Assembly: GCF_009834535.1 (NCBI RefSeq)
Contig: NC_045696.1
Location: forward strand, 9,178,001-9,242,000
DNA: 64,000 nucleotides
Reading direction: 5' to 3'
From: Camelus ferus
Taxonomy: Eukaryota
The position numbers and the translations under genes are program-made. The notes below the pieces were generated by a model, which was not told the DNA's origin, searched no databases, and worked only from the letters and a program-made list of their open reading frames with translations. Position 1 is the first letter of the stretch, and each line of letters begins with the position of its first letter. Below, piece by piece: positions 38,927 through 54,300 of this stretch.

Positions 38927-40249
38927 CGCCCGGAGCGTGCGATCCGCCGCGTCTCCCGGCCGCTCCGCGCAGCCAGCCTGGCCCTCTGGGCCTGGGGCAA
39001 GGGAAGCCGCCAGGGCACCCGGAAAGGCCTCCGCGGCTGGTCCGCCAAGGCCCCCGCCTCCGTCAGACTCCAGCGACGGAACCCGAGCAGTCTGGAGCGG
39101 CTGTGGCGGCCTAGCATCCCAGCGGCGCGTCTGCAGGGGAACAGAGGCGGGGAGGGGGAGGGGCCCCGTGGGGCGGGGGGGCGGGGGGGCGGGGGGGCAA
39201 GGGACCCTCTGCCCCGGGGAGTCGAAGTTGAGGGCTCCGAGCTAGAGGGAGTGGGTGAGCGCCCTTCCACGGGGAGGGGCCGGGTGGGCTCTGTGTGTAG
39301 GTGGGGAGCCCCGCGGCTAGGCGGAGGCGGGGCCCCTCTAAGCTCCGCGAAAATGCCCGCGGCGCCGCGGGGACGAGAGCAGGGGAAGTTCCCGCCCGAG
39401 CGCGGAGCCGGGGTGGGTTCCGCACCCCCCGCGGCCCGCGCGCGGGGGCGGGGAGAGGAGCCGGGGCCGTTTCCGGGGAGCCAGAGGTGGGTGCAGGGCG
39501 CGGGAGGCCTGGGCCTAGCGGGGGAGCCGACGCTCCGAGGATGGAAGCGAGTGGAACGGATGCTTTCAACTTTCTTTCCAGTCGCTAGTTTTTCGGGGGT
39601 CTTTTCTGACTACGAAACTCCTCTGCTTGCCGCTAAACTCACTCCGCCTGCGTGAGGCGCGCTGCGTAATTAAGCCGCAGCCCAGCCGCGGCGAAAAACA
39701 CCAATTAAAGAAAACAAACCAAGAGAGAAAACTAAAAACAAAAACCATGTTGTGGAGACCGACAACCGTCTGCCCTCACTAAATGAATCAGCGCCACTTC
39801 ACCGCAGTTGCCCACCCGGCCGTGGGGGCGCACTGAGCGGCCCTGTGGCCGCGCCCTCGGCCCTCCCACCCCTTCGCGGCCGAATCGCACCCACGCAGGG
39901 GAAACAGGCTCGGCCGTGGGCAGCCGCGCAGGACCTGGGGCCGCCCGGGCGCCCGGCCCCAGGAGCCTCGCGGCGGCCGCCGCATCTCCATGGCTCGCCC
40001 GGCAGGTCTCCGGACCCGGGCGGCTCTGGGCGTAGCGCGCGGCCTGAGTCCACCCCCGGCTGGCCGGCCTCCTCCACTTCTTGGGTCTCGGGACCGCGGG
40101 CGCGCCCTGCAGTCCTGAGTCCGCGGCGGAGCAACACAGCATGTCTGCAAAGCCGCAGGGCAGCGTTTCGCACCGGGGTGGGGCCCCGGGAGAGCATGTG
40201 AGCGTGTGCGTGGATGTGCGTGGATGCGGATGCGCGGGGAGCGCCGGTG

Positions 40250-40476
40250 GCTGCGGCGGCGGTGGACTCTCCACCCCGGCTGCGTACAGTAGCGCGCGGC
40301 AGCGGCGGCGGCGGGGGCGCGCGGGCCAATTCCAGGAGCCCGCGGCCGCGAGCCGCGCCCTGGCTGATACCGGAAAGGCCTGTGATTGGCCGGCGGCCGC
40401 CCCTATGCAAACGAGCTGAGGAATTCCTCGGGCCGGGCTTACAGTAAAAGCACGTTCATTTCCAGGCACTCTCATT

Positions 40477-40480
<4 letters not shown>
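40250..40480 (+). promoter_or_regulatory. RUNX1: RUNX1 proximal (P2) core promoter
   Basis: TATA-less and GC-rich, with CCAAT at 40326-40330, reverse CCAAT (ATTGG) at 40385-40389 and octamer-like ATGCAAAC at 40405-40412, directly upstream of the inferred TSS. Confidence 0.8.
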
Positions 40481-42560
<2,080 letters not shown>

Positions 42561-45500
42561 GGCAGCTTTGAACCAAAGTAGGAAAAGTTACAACCCAGTA
42601 GGAACAAGCCCGTCTCCTGCCATGCTTCCCTTCCCAACTCTGGCTTGACACCCAAACCATCTGAGGGAGGCGTCAGGAAATAAAAGATACTTTTATACCT
42701 TCGGGTCAGTGAAAATAAACTGACAAGGAAAACTGTCAGGGCTTCCCACTTCCACCCCATCTTTAACTGCCCTTTAGGAATTAGCAAATCCAAAGTCCAC
42801 GGTGGGTGTAGTTTAAGTTTGCAAAAGTTTTCTGAAGTTCTCTCGAGCTTGTAGCCTTCTCCTGCCAGAAGCCGCAAGTAGCGAATCCTGTTTCTTTTCC
42901 TGGAACTCTCCTGAACGTTATCGCCCGCCGGTTCACCTAGATTAAGCCCGGGGCGGCGAAAGGAGGCAAGGCTGTGTCTTCCGAGAGCCGAGGGTCCAAT
43001 CTGCCCGCTTTGATGTTTGAGGAGGGGGCGGCATGGACTGGGTGATTTCAACTGAGCAGCTCTCCCAGGCACTTTTCACCCCTAATCTTGCCCTAGATTT
43101 GAGCTGTCTTTAAAAACCTTGGCCTTCAACGGGGATATATAAACAACCCCAGGCGTTTTTAAACAGCCACCCCACCACCCTGGCAGCAGACAGTAGACAT
43201 TGGCAGCGGGGATTCAGTTCTTCTGTCTTGAGTGGGTTTAAGAAGGGGCAACTTTTTAGTACAATCAGTGCAGTCATTTCCTCTTCATTTAAAGGGCTAA
43301 GGCAGGCAGGTGGGGTCGGGGAGCTGTAAAGATCAGCTACTCTTTTTCTTAACAAAAAAATAATCTGGTTAAATGTTGTTCCCTTTAAGGGGAGATTAAT
43401 GTAACAAACTTTTTATGGTTCCGAGCCTGGGCTGGATCTTGAGCTGGTTACAATGCATGATGTTCACTTTTTTTTAAAAAAGTAGTGTTGAAGTTCTTTA
43501 TTTTTAAGCTCTACACACCTTCCAAATTTAGATTATGCTTTCTAAAACAACCAAAAATGTGTAATTGGCTGTCTGTAGACTTGCTCGGTTTTCTGAAAGC
43601 AAGAGTTTTTGGGGGGGGATGGAAATAAAGATAAGATTGAACAGCCGCTGGACTCTTTCCTGGCCCTTCCTCCTGCTCTGTAGATTTGGGTTGGGAGCCC
43701 ATTTCAATTTTAAATCACCCTAATCCCTTTACATAAACAGACTCAGCTCTCCCTCGGCCCTGGGACCTGACAGGGATGGGCCCGGGGTCACTCTGAGATA
43801 AGCGCAGAGGGGAGGAGACGGCTGATAGTCCACCAAAGGGTCCTTTAGAACCGGGTGCTCAGACACACGGAGGAAGTGAGTTCTCAGGGATCCGTGGCTT
43901 CCTTTGGGGTAAATAGGAGTCTCTTCTGGATCTGTCCTCCTCTGCTAGGGAACCCAAACCCCAAACACTGAGTGATTAATAAAGAATCTTCAGGAGTTAA
44001 AGCAGTATCATTTGTCAAGCCACCACATGAAAGTCTATCTCCTTCTAAAAGAATGAAAAAGTCATATAAGTTGCTTTCATGAGCCATCGGGGAATTCCTT
44101 TTAGGGGCAATCTTAATGATAGAGGTGTCCTTTTAAAAATGACTTTTGACAATTTACTTTTTTTTGAAAAAAAAATCTGTTTTACTGAGTGATAGCTTCT
44201 AGGTTAAAGATCAAGGTGTAGAGATCTTGAAAAAAAGTTCAAGGGGGTCTTAAGAACATTTACGACAGAGGCAGGGACAGCAGGGGAAATCAGATCACTC
44301 AATTAATAATCTGTCACCACTCCCGTCCCAACAAGAGGGGACTCATTCTAAAGGAGCCCTGCCCCTGGAATAACAGAAGGAGCAGAGAAAATTTCCCGGC
44401 AGGGAACCAGCGCAGAGATGAGGATAAAGCAAGCTAAACTTGACTCAAGTGTCTGTATCAGCTGGATTCTCTGTGCGTCCCTGACTCCACTGTGTACTCA
44501 TCCCTCACCAACCACCTCTCAAGCAGTTTCTAAAGAAATTTTTACTTGAAAATTGGATTTTAAATAAGTCTCAGACAATCTCTTTCAGAAGTTAATCAGT
44601 AAAGAATGATTACCTTCCCTGTAATGAGGAGCAAGCTAGTGAGAAAGTCATCAGATATTGATGAAGAGAATTGAAGTGATTCTTTAGGAGTCTTCTGAAA
44701 TTCTACGTGTAAACCCCCTGCCTTAATCTTTGAAACTAAAGGGAGATTTAAAGTTAGGAGGTTTCCTTAATCATCCTAATTGCTTATTCTGGACCCCAAA
44801 ATGCCCCCATCCTTCTCCCATGAAACATCTTTTATCTTTTAGCTTACGGAGGAATCCATATTTGACTACTGAAAAAAATCTTCAATTTGCTACTTGTTAC
44901 CTATTATTTACAGAAGCAGTCAAAAAAGCTGTTTGGATGACTTAGGATATATTTTGTAATACTGTAATATTAAAGTTTATTTAGGCCCTGGTACATCAGA
45001 GTCCGAAGGCATAAACATGCCTTCAGCAAGTTCAGAGGCCTTGGACGCTGATACTAATATTATTTTCTTAAGAAAGAAAGAAGTAGCATTACTGTCGGCA
45101 AGATCGTGGTGCCGAGCTATGCATTAAATGTCATCTCAGCTGAATTCTAAGTTCCACTCCACAGCTTTCTTTAAAACACTGGAAAATTAAGGGATTTGAA
45201 ATAAATGAATTGTGACTGTAATTTCAGCCTAATTAGAGTTGGTTTAAAAATGCCAGTTTGAACTGTGAATACGCTAACCAAGAGCAGTATGAGGGTTCTG
45301 TAACATAGAGGAGGGTTGATATTTTGCCCAACTTCCTGATACTTTAAAAACAGAGAAGTAAAAAAAAAAAAGAGACAGAGAGAGATCCTTTGGCCAGCAA
45401 GTCCCTTCTTGTCTGTTTGGTCTGTGTTAAAATGTAAATGTTTGTGTTTCTTTACCTATTGTTTATAGCTTTTTCATTACTCCCATTGCTTTTTTCTGTT

Positions 45501-48206
45501 TGAAGTTAGATTTTTTTTAATTCTCTTTATATTGCCTATCAATGATAAAATCTGTATCAAATTAGCAGAGATGTTAGTTTTAAATTAAAAAAAAAGTTTT
45601 TCCTAGTCTAAGAATGCTTGCTAATAATTAGATGATATATTTTATTAATGTAATTTCCCTGGATTTAATATTTCCCCCTTCCCTCTACCATTAAAAGAAA
45701 TCCCTCTGAGAGCAATAAAAGGACGAGTAAATGATCTTTGAGCCCCGAAATAGCTTTGATTCCTGCTGCATTTTTTTAAAAAGGGAAAAGAAGGAGTTAA
45801 AGGCCTAATTTTTTTTTTAGTCTTAAATTCCAACATCAACAAGCCTTTCTTATTTAGCCACCACGATCATTTTACTCTATATTTATTTCTGTTTGATGAC
45901 GGTCTCATGAATTTGCCATATTACTGATGAGGGTAGCTTTGGAAAGATGAACGAGGCACAGGCATGGACCACTATGAGTGGAGCCAGTAGGAGGAAGGTG
46001 ATTTAGAATACATTTTGGTAGTTATAAAACAAGATTTATTTATTTTAACCTATTTACAGATTCTGTCCCCACAATGAGTTATTCAGCTGGAAAACCATGC
46101 AGTTGATTCAGTCCCTGTACACTTACTGAATGTTGAATTAAAATAGAGACGCCAGGTCATCACTGGGAGATGAAGATGAGGAAGTAAAAATATGTGTTCA
46201 AGGAGGACATTTCAACATTGTGAGTTAATTTTACAGAGGGAAGTGAAATCAGTGGAAAAAAAGAGGAGGGGGATTTTTAAGAGACTGAAAAGAGCAGAAT
46301 AAAGCAAGCACTTTTCATGGGAATAGAAAAAAAAATGGTAACAATCACTAAATAACTGATCAAGGAGATTTATTTCAATTATGTTTTTGAAACAAAAGGG
46401 AATTGCCATATTACTGCTCTTAATTAAACAGCAACACACATACTTCTAATGGATCTAAATACCTAATTAGAGGGTGCCTGGGGACTAAATAGCTTTGTTT
46501 GTAAATCTCCTTTATGGAAAAGATGTACAACATTTGGATGGAAAGGATTAGAAAGAAAGATAAAAGTGCAAGTTGGATAAAATTAGATGAGGAACTTGCC
46601 TGCCTATTGCTGTGAGAATTGATTCCCCTGATGCAGTCTTGGGGTCGGAAGTACGGCCACCCTTATGGGTTCGTTTTCCCCGTCCTATTTCTTAGAATCC
46701 AAGAGCTGAAGCTCATAGGGAATAAAAACAATAGATGATCATCTGGATGACAAGGAAAAACGGTAATGACTAAGCAGGCAGTGAAGATGGGAATTTAGAG
46801 AAACATGGCTTTGCTCTCATACAAGTGAGTCTGTGGCAGCCTTGTTTACAGACAGGAAAAGAGGACTGAAATATAGGTATTACCACCCCCCCCCAAAAAA
46901 GATGTAGTAATTATTAGGTAAAAATGAGGAGGTGGAAAACAGTGGCAGGAATAATCACTGTAGAATGCTTTATTATCACAACTCAAAAAGCATACTTAAA
47001 AAAAAAAACTTGTATAATTGGAATGATTAACACACATTTCACTACTGAAAGAGTACTAGAAGGGAAGTCAGAAGTGATAGGAACAAATGCAACTTGGGGG
47101 CATTTTGATTTGAAATTCTGTGACCACTTGTACAAAACAGAAACAATGGAAGTATAGATAATGATAAATTTTTAGACCAAGATAGTTTTTGGAAAGGTCA
47201 AATGACCAAGAAGTGGATCCTACTGTACGAAGCACCTTTGTGCCATACTCTTTAGAGCATTTTACCTTGAAATGACTGTTCTTTTTTATTACCTAAGTAT
47301 CAAGAATATTTTTTTTTTTACTAGTTTACTTGAATAGCCCTGATAGGAAATCTATTCCTGTCCAGTTCCATTGAAGGAATTCTTCTTCAAGGTCATCTGG
47401 GCTTGGAGAACAGACACCTCGTCATCTATCTGGTCCTAGTTAACACAACCCTGTGACTCACAGATATAAAAATGCTATGGAGTTCCATTCCTGAATTCAG
47501 AGGAGGACACAAAAATGAGCACCCCTCTTCTCTGAGGTCTGTTGACTTCATAATTAGTGTTAAGCAAAGGGTATATTTCTGTTTTTTTTTTCCTTGCATA
47601 CCAGAATTCACTGCTAGTGAAAATTAAGATAATAAAAGAAAGTAGAAGGCATAAGGATGAACTGACGGCAGAGGGGCAGTTTAAATCATTCAAGAATCTT
47701 CAACAATTCAGTGGTGGCAATCGAATTTCATTTTAGCAGAAATAAGTTTAAACCCTGAAAAGATTAAGTTGGCCCTGTTCGGCCTGTCAGTGGATGTCTG
47801 GATGAGTGAAAGATGGGTTAGGTTATAAACTTCCAAAAAACAAGGTGTTCTGTTTCTCAAATATGAAGAATTAGGAAGAGATGATTGTATTCATGAGAAG
47901 GCAGAGCTTTTCAAAGTTCTTGTTATCATGCGTCTTATTCCAACTGTGCCCTGTGACCTTATGCAGCTTCATGAGGTGAATGTTTTATGACTTGAACATT
48001 TATATTTAGTTTTGCATAGTGGAATTTAAAGTGAATCTTCCCATTAATAACTTGGCTGTTGTTTTGCTTAACTTACGACTGCTGTTCCTTTGCAAACTCA
48101 AAAGCATCACCTCATATACGTTGAGTTTTAGAATAATGACTACGCAAATGGCATGAAAGTTTCTAACCTGCCTGGTGTCTGCATCTGTCCCTTGACTGGT
48201 GTTTAG

Positions 48207-48386
<180 letters not shown>

Positions 48387-51300
48387 TGAAGCACAGAATA
48401 TTTACATGGCAACAAAGGCAGATGTCAAAACTTCTAGAAGTTTCTATGATGGGATTTCCTAGAAATAACAGTCATTTCTTCCTGTTATTATTGCTACATC
48501 AAGCTTTTAAAAAATATTTATTTCAATTTAACATTTTTAACAGAATCTCGCTTTACGTAATAGCTTTCTATTATTGAACTGGTCTTATTTAAGACCGATT
48601 TGGAGCATATAAAACATGGATTATCAAGGAAACCTCTCAGATCTTTACTAAAATGTAAAAATATAAAACTTACCATCATGGAAACTAGGAGCATGCAACT
48701 GGGGTTCTCTCTTTAATAATTTTCAGAAATCTTTTTACTGGAAGCCTTTAACTTAAGGATCAATGTGCTATCCATGACAAGTGACAGAGTTTCAGATGAT
48801 CACTTCCAATAATTTTGAGGGATATATGGTATATAGTTATTGAAGCATATTTCAAGTGAGCATTTTTTTAATGATAAAATATGAAGAAATAGTACCATTC
48901 TGGTTTGGTGAATTTGATGGCAATGTGACCTTCCTATTATATAAAATTTGGATGTCTTTTTATTATTTGCAGGGAGGGGCTGGGCCCAGTTAATATTTTA
49001 GGTACTAATAATATTAAAGACCGGATTATCCAGAGGAACTATTTCATCAGTGCAGTTTTATTTTTCCATGCCCATTATCACTGTATTAAAGCAGAAAAAG
49101 GAATCTTGGCTTGTAATCTCTGGTTTCTAGTTATTTTCAAATATTACATTTTGTATGTATTGTAAGAACCTAAGTCATATTTTATAAATAGCAGTAACTA
49201 CTGGAAACTTAACTGAAGGAGGTAGGGGAGTTTGTTTGGAAAATCTCATTTTTGTAATATAGTATTGAATAAGCTTAAAAATAAAAGTTATTTTGAGTAT
49301 AATAAAAAGACGTAGCAAGTACCTAAATAACAGTAGATGACTCTTGTATTGAAAAAAATTAAAGTACAATCAATGGACGTTTAATCATAAGAGTAATCAT
49401 TACTCTTTATAAAGGCATTCAAAAATACAAGAAAATCTGTGTTCTTGGGGAATTCGATTAGTCAAAGAGGAAAGAGGGTAAAGGCATGTTGCTGTTTTTG
49501 GCTATTGTTTTTGTGCTATCCTAGCTGTCTGGGGCTTTTCAGAGTAGAATCAATAGGTGGAGAAAATTTAAATACTTATAACATGATTAAAAATATATGT
49601 TCATAGCACTATGTTAATAATAGGGTAATGCAAAGAAAGTTATACCCACTTATTGAAAGCATGAATGATGCTATAAGGTATAAAAGCATAAGTCATTATA
49701 TGGGTTCACTTGTTATATTAAAAGTCTCCACCTTTCACTAAATGGAATTCACATTATGGTTCAGAGATGTGTGTTTAGAAAACATCTTGAAGGCTTCAGA
49801 TGAGCAGCTGGCAGAGTGGGTGAGAAGCCAATAAAAAACAAAGGCCCGACCTCCTGGTCCGTGCCTCCAAGCCCCGTAATCATAGCAGCTCACTTCCTGT
49901 GGATTGCTCCTCTTAGGAGCAAAACGAGTGTCATTTGGTGGCATTTCCAGAGAAAGCAGTATTATCAGAGGAGGCATCTATGTGGGTCTACGGGGCAAGT
50001 TTCGGTCATGAAAGTTTTGGAAATTCTTTAATGGCCCAAGCCAGCGACATTTTCCCGTAAGGAGTGCAGCAGTGGCCTGGCCATGCCCAGGAGGTTGGTG
50101 ATGATAAAGAATGCGATTTTGAAAGCAGCATGCTTGCTTTGCTGGCGTCAAGGGCTGGTCTCTCGTCCCTCACTGGCCATTTCTGTTTTGAGTGGGTGAC
50201 TAAGAGGAGCTTGTGTTTACTTGGGTAGCAGTGAACTGTTTCCCCAAGGTGTGGATTGTTTGCATTTGGCTGCCTGATTCGTGCCAGTATGCCCTTGAGT
50301 TTGCATAAAACCCCAAGAGTGAAATAGCTGTAACCAAGGCCGGGCTGTCTTTTGATAACCTGGGACGAGAAAATTAATTGCAACTCTCTGTAGATGGACA
50401 ATATCTGTTTTGAACGGGCTCTGCTTCCCACACGTGATAATAAGCAATCCGAAGGAGAGGAGCTCGAAGTGCATGTTGGACCCAGTTACAGTTATCGTGA
50501 TACTGTTGGTCTTGAGTGATTTTTTTTTTTTTTTTTGGTTAGTGTTACAAGACAAAATGAGCTGTCAAAAAGCCCAGTTTGACTCTGTCTCATAATTTCT
50601 CCCCCTAGTCATAAAATACAACTTGATTTTACTCTTTCAAGTGTAAGTGTCAACATCAAAGACTGCCGTTTTGGGGGTTTTTTGTTTGTGTTTTCTCAAT
50701 TTGCTTTCTATTATGAAGAGAGCAGGTGATGCCCACTCATTTTAACAATTAGCCTTAATCTTCCTCACTGAATCGTGTCTTTTAAAAGTTTCATAACGTT
50801 TTATTAAGTGATTTTAAGACTATCCACTATGTTGTTTTCTGTTTTTGAAAACGTGTCTGAGAATATGTCATTGGCATCAACATACCACACGGGGACCGAG
50901 GAGGTCCTGGCTACTGGCTCATCTGAACGTCTCCATGCCAATTTTGCGTTCTGTCCAAAGCCACTGGTCTGAAGGATTCTCCAGGGGGCCTGGTGCTTGG
51001 TTCCAAATAAAGGGGAGAAAAAGAAACCCCCTTTTCTTTTCCCTGCTGCCAATCCCTGGGGATTGTAAACCTTACAGAAACTGCCAGGGGTTGAACATGG
51101 AAGGGTTTTTCTCTGTTCTGCAAAACCGATCTGTCTGGCTGCTGGCTCCTGTCCAGGACCACAGCTCCTAACCTCGGGTTCAGCCTGCAACTGGGAAAAC
51201 CTGCCCGTCCGGCTTTTACGGCCTGGCTGACAATACTGGCCCCTAAAAAATATCGGTGAAGACTTCAGCAGTCTGAGCCTTCCTCCTTCCTTTTCTTCCC

Positions 51301-54300
51301 TTCCCTCCTTTCTCTCCCTGACAACTGAAATCTCTTCTTCAGGGGTATCTCACCCTTGGAATTTTCTCCCTTTGATTCAGTATCTCCATATAAATCCACC
51401 AGTCCTTTACAATGGAGGGAGAGATAGCAGCTCCCAGGAGAGGAGAGGTGATGCTGAGCACGCTGGTTGTCGTTCGGAACAATTCACACGTAAACACGTT
51501 CTGGGAGTCTCCCTGACCCCCAGAAAATCAGAGCTCGGGCTCTAGAGGAATTCTCTTTGGTGACGTTAATTAGCAGCAGTTGACGTCAGCTTCCATCCGC
51601 AGCTGAGGCAGGTGCTACTGACACTTGCAGTTACAGGAAAGTGTTTCGTGGCTGCAGCTGAGAGATGTTGAAGAAGTTGTAGCAGTGAAATCTGTGAGTG
51701 CTTCCGTCCCTACTGGAGTACTTAATCAGTTGGAAAGGAATCGATCAATCAGGGAATACGGCTTTAGTTAATTCATTTTAGAACCAAAGAGGAAATCTCC
51801 CAGACCGTATCATCTACCACATCGTAAATGGGGGGAAAGAATCCACGGCAAATTTCCTCCTTATTTTTCTAAGATTATGATTTTTAATCTTTTGAGAACA
51901 TCATAAATAATTCTGAAAACCCTTGGAAGCCTTCCCCCAAAGGGAAAAAAAGTACCCATGTGCCCTTCAACACAGATTCTTGTACAATTTCAGTTTCCAG
52001 GGCTGCTGAAGTTCGTTTATGGACCTCTTGGGGACTCCATGGACCCCCAAGCCAAGAATCTGTGACTCTGGAACTTTGCTTTGACCATGGAGGGCCAGCC
52101 TAGAGCTGTGCTGCACATTGTAGATCACTAGAAAATGAGTAAATAAATGAACAGGTGAGGAAGACATTCTTGTGCCCTATGCTGTTTTGGTTACACCTGC
52201 TTTTATGATAGCCAGGACCTGGTTTGTGTAATTAAGAAAGTAGGTCCCATTCAAACTGCTGGTCCAGACCTTCGGAAGGCCATCAGGTGGGAGCGCATAT
52301 AGTTCCTTGCAAGGGAAAAGGGCCTGTTTTGTCATCCAAGGGGCATCCTCTTCTCTAGTGACTGCCTGGCCCCCTGGCTGCAGACCTGCAGTGCGAATTC
52401 CACAAGCAGCCGAGTGAGGCCACATGTTCTCCCATCTCTTAGGACTGGGTTTAATTTCTTGGTGGAATTTGTGTTTATGTTGCCCTCCCTGGCAACTTTA
52501 ATCTTGCCTACTTTCAAAATATTTGTACCCTTCCCCATGCTTTTATAAAATGAAGTTCCTTCATTACGTTCTTGCTGTGGACGTGTTCCCAGACATAATA
52601 TTTACCCTGTCCCAATCTGGGTTATTGCTTATTTGTGTAATGTTTGTTACTTAAGGCATTTTCATTCTTAAGGTATTTTATATTATTTGGGGAGCAGTAT
52701 CGAGAGATGGCCTTTCAGAGGAGTGAAAGATTGTGGTGGAAGAAAAGGTACATTTAGAAAAGGATCGAGTTTCCTGAAATTCCAAACAAAGAGAGACATG
52801 TCCTTATGGAGTGGTTATTACTGAGCAATGCTCTGAATGACTCACAATATTATCATAGGATGCAAGTCATTCTCTGTTTTATCACAGACTCGTAGAGTAA
52901 GGGAAGGAAAGTGCATTTGACAACCCCAGTGTTGTTTCATGGATAACATGGATAGTGAGCTGGCAGTCAGATCTTCTGTAGAAAATACAAAGAAAAGATA
53001 TGAGTTGTATTAACAGCAACTCTCCCATTTTCCCCCTTTTCAGGGGTTGCTGTTGATCTACACTTTAAAATAATATATATACTGAAATCTGTTTCAGACT
53101 TCGGTATGGGTAAATATGGCTGGAAAAAGACCCAGCCTCTTATACACCCAGCCTCCGCAGCCCTAGCAAATAATCTCTTTCGATGGCAGGTCGAAAGCTG
53201 GTATTTGTGATCTGATGTAGAATTCATCTCTAGAGATCAGCTCTCTCATTCTGTTTTGCTAGTTTACCAATAAAAGAGGAACAGTGCTTTCACAAAGCAA
53301 ATTTCTCCCCACCCCCAACCACCACCCAGCAGTCCCTGTCCCGCCTGGGGACATGGCAGAGCCCAAGGGGAAGAGCTTTCTTGAAAACTTTCTTGTGCCT
53401 GGAACACGCAGTCTCACAGTTTATCCCTTCATGGTTTTCTTGCTGATTTTATGAAGTGCCAGGCATCACTGATGGTGTCGGACAGCTTTTTAAAATTGAG
53501 GTTATTTGTGTGAATGATATTTAAGAGTCAATGGGCAGAAGCTGGACTTCCTTCCACGCATTGCCCCCATCCCCACCCCCGTGACCCAAAACCCCTTCCT
53601 TGCCAGCCGGCTTGCCTTGGGTTGAGGCAGTTCTTTTTGGTGGGGACAGAAGACTATCAATCAGAAAGCGCCTCCGAGAGAAATAATGGTTGAGTGATTT
53701 TTAGAGCTCCCTGTTTCAGCAGCAAGCATTATAGACATAAACAGTGATCCGGCCAGCGGCTGCACTGCTGTTCTGGTTCTAATAAATCAGTTTTGTATTT
53801 TCTTTTTTGTGCTGGTTGGCGAGGGGCAAGAGAGGGTGGAGAAGACTGGTTATGGAAGAACATATTCTGGTTCTTGTCTTTATTTTTAAAGAAAAATGAC
53901 TTGTTGAAAGAGAGATGGCATACTGTCTGATGACTGTTTTCTCTCTGTTGGTGATTATAAAACACGTTCAGATCAGAAAGGGGATGTTTGTGAATAACTA
54001 TGTACCGTCAGTATGGAGAGGTTACGTGGTTTTGAAGGATCTCTTGGACTTTCCGTCAGAGAGGTGTGTGTGTGTGTGCATGTGTGTGTCCGTATTTCCA
54101 CTGAGAAGACTTCCTGGACCAAATTGTCTCGGAGGACTAAATCCATGCTAATAACATCTTCTCCTCTGAAGCCCAAATGAAATAATTAATAGAAATTAAC
54201 AAGCAAGCAGTGTGGATCTAACGAGCTGCCTGTGAATACTTTCAGAGGTGCCAGTTTTAATCAGCTCACTCTCAGGGTGCAGGGGAGGAACTGCCGCTCT

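Noticed and set aside
38467..40475. Long ORFs on both strands (267, 247, 203, 152, 149 aa)
   Set aside because: Arg/Pro/Ala/Gly-rich, overlapping in several frames and expected in stop-poor CpG-island DNA; no domain resemblance.
45005..45024. 8-bp hairpin GAAGGCAT-AAAC-ATGCCTTC
   Set aside because: Too short to exceed chance expectation.
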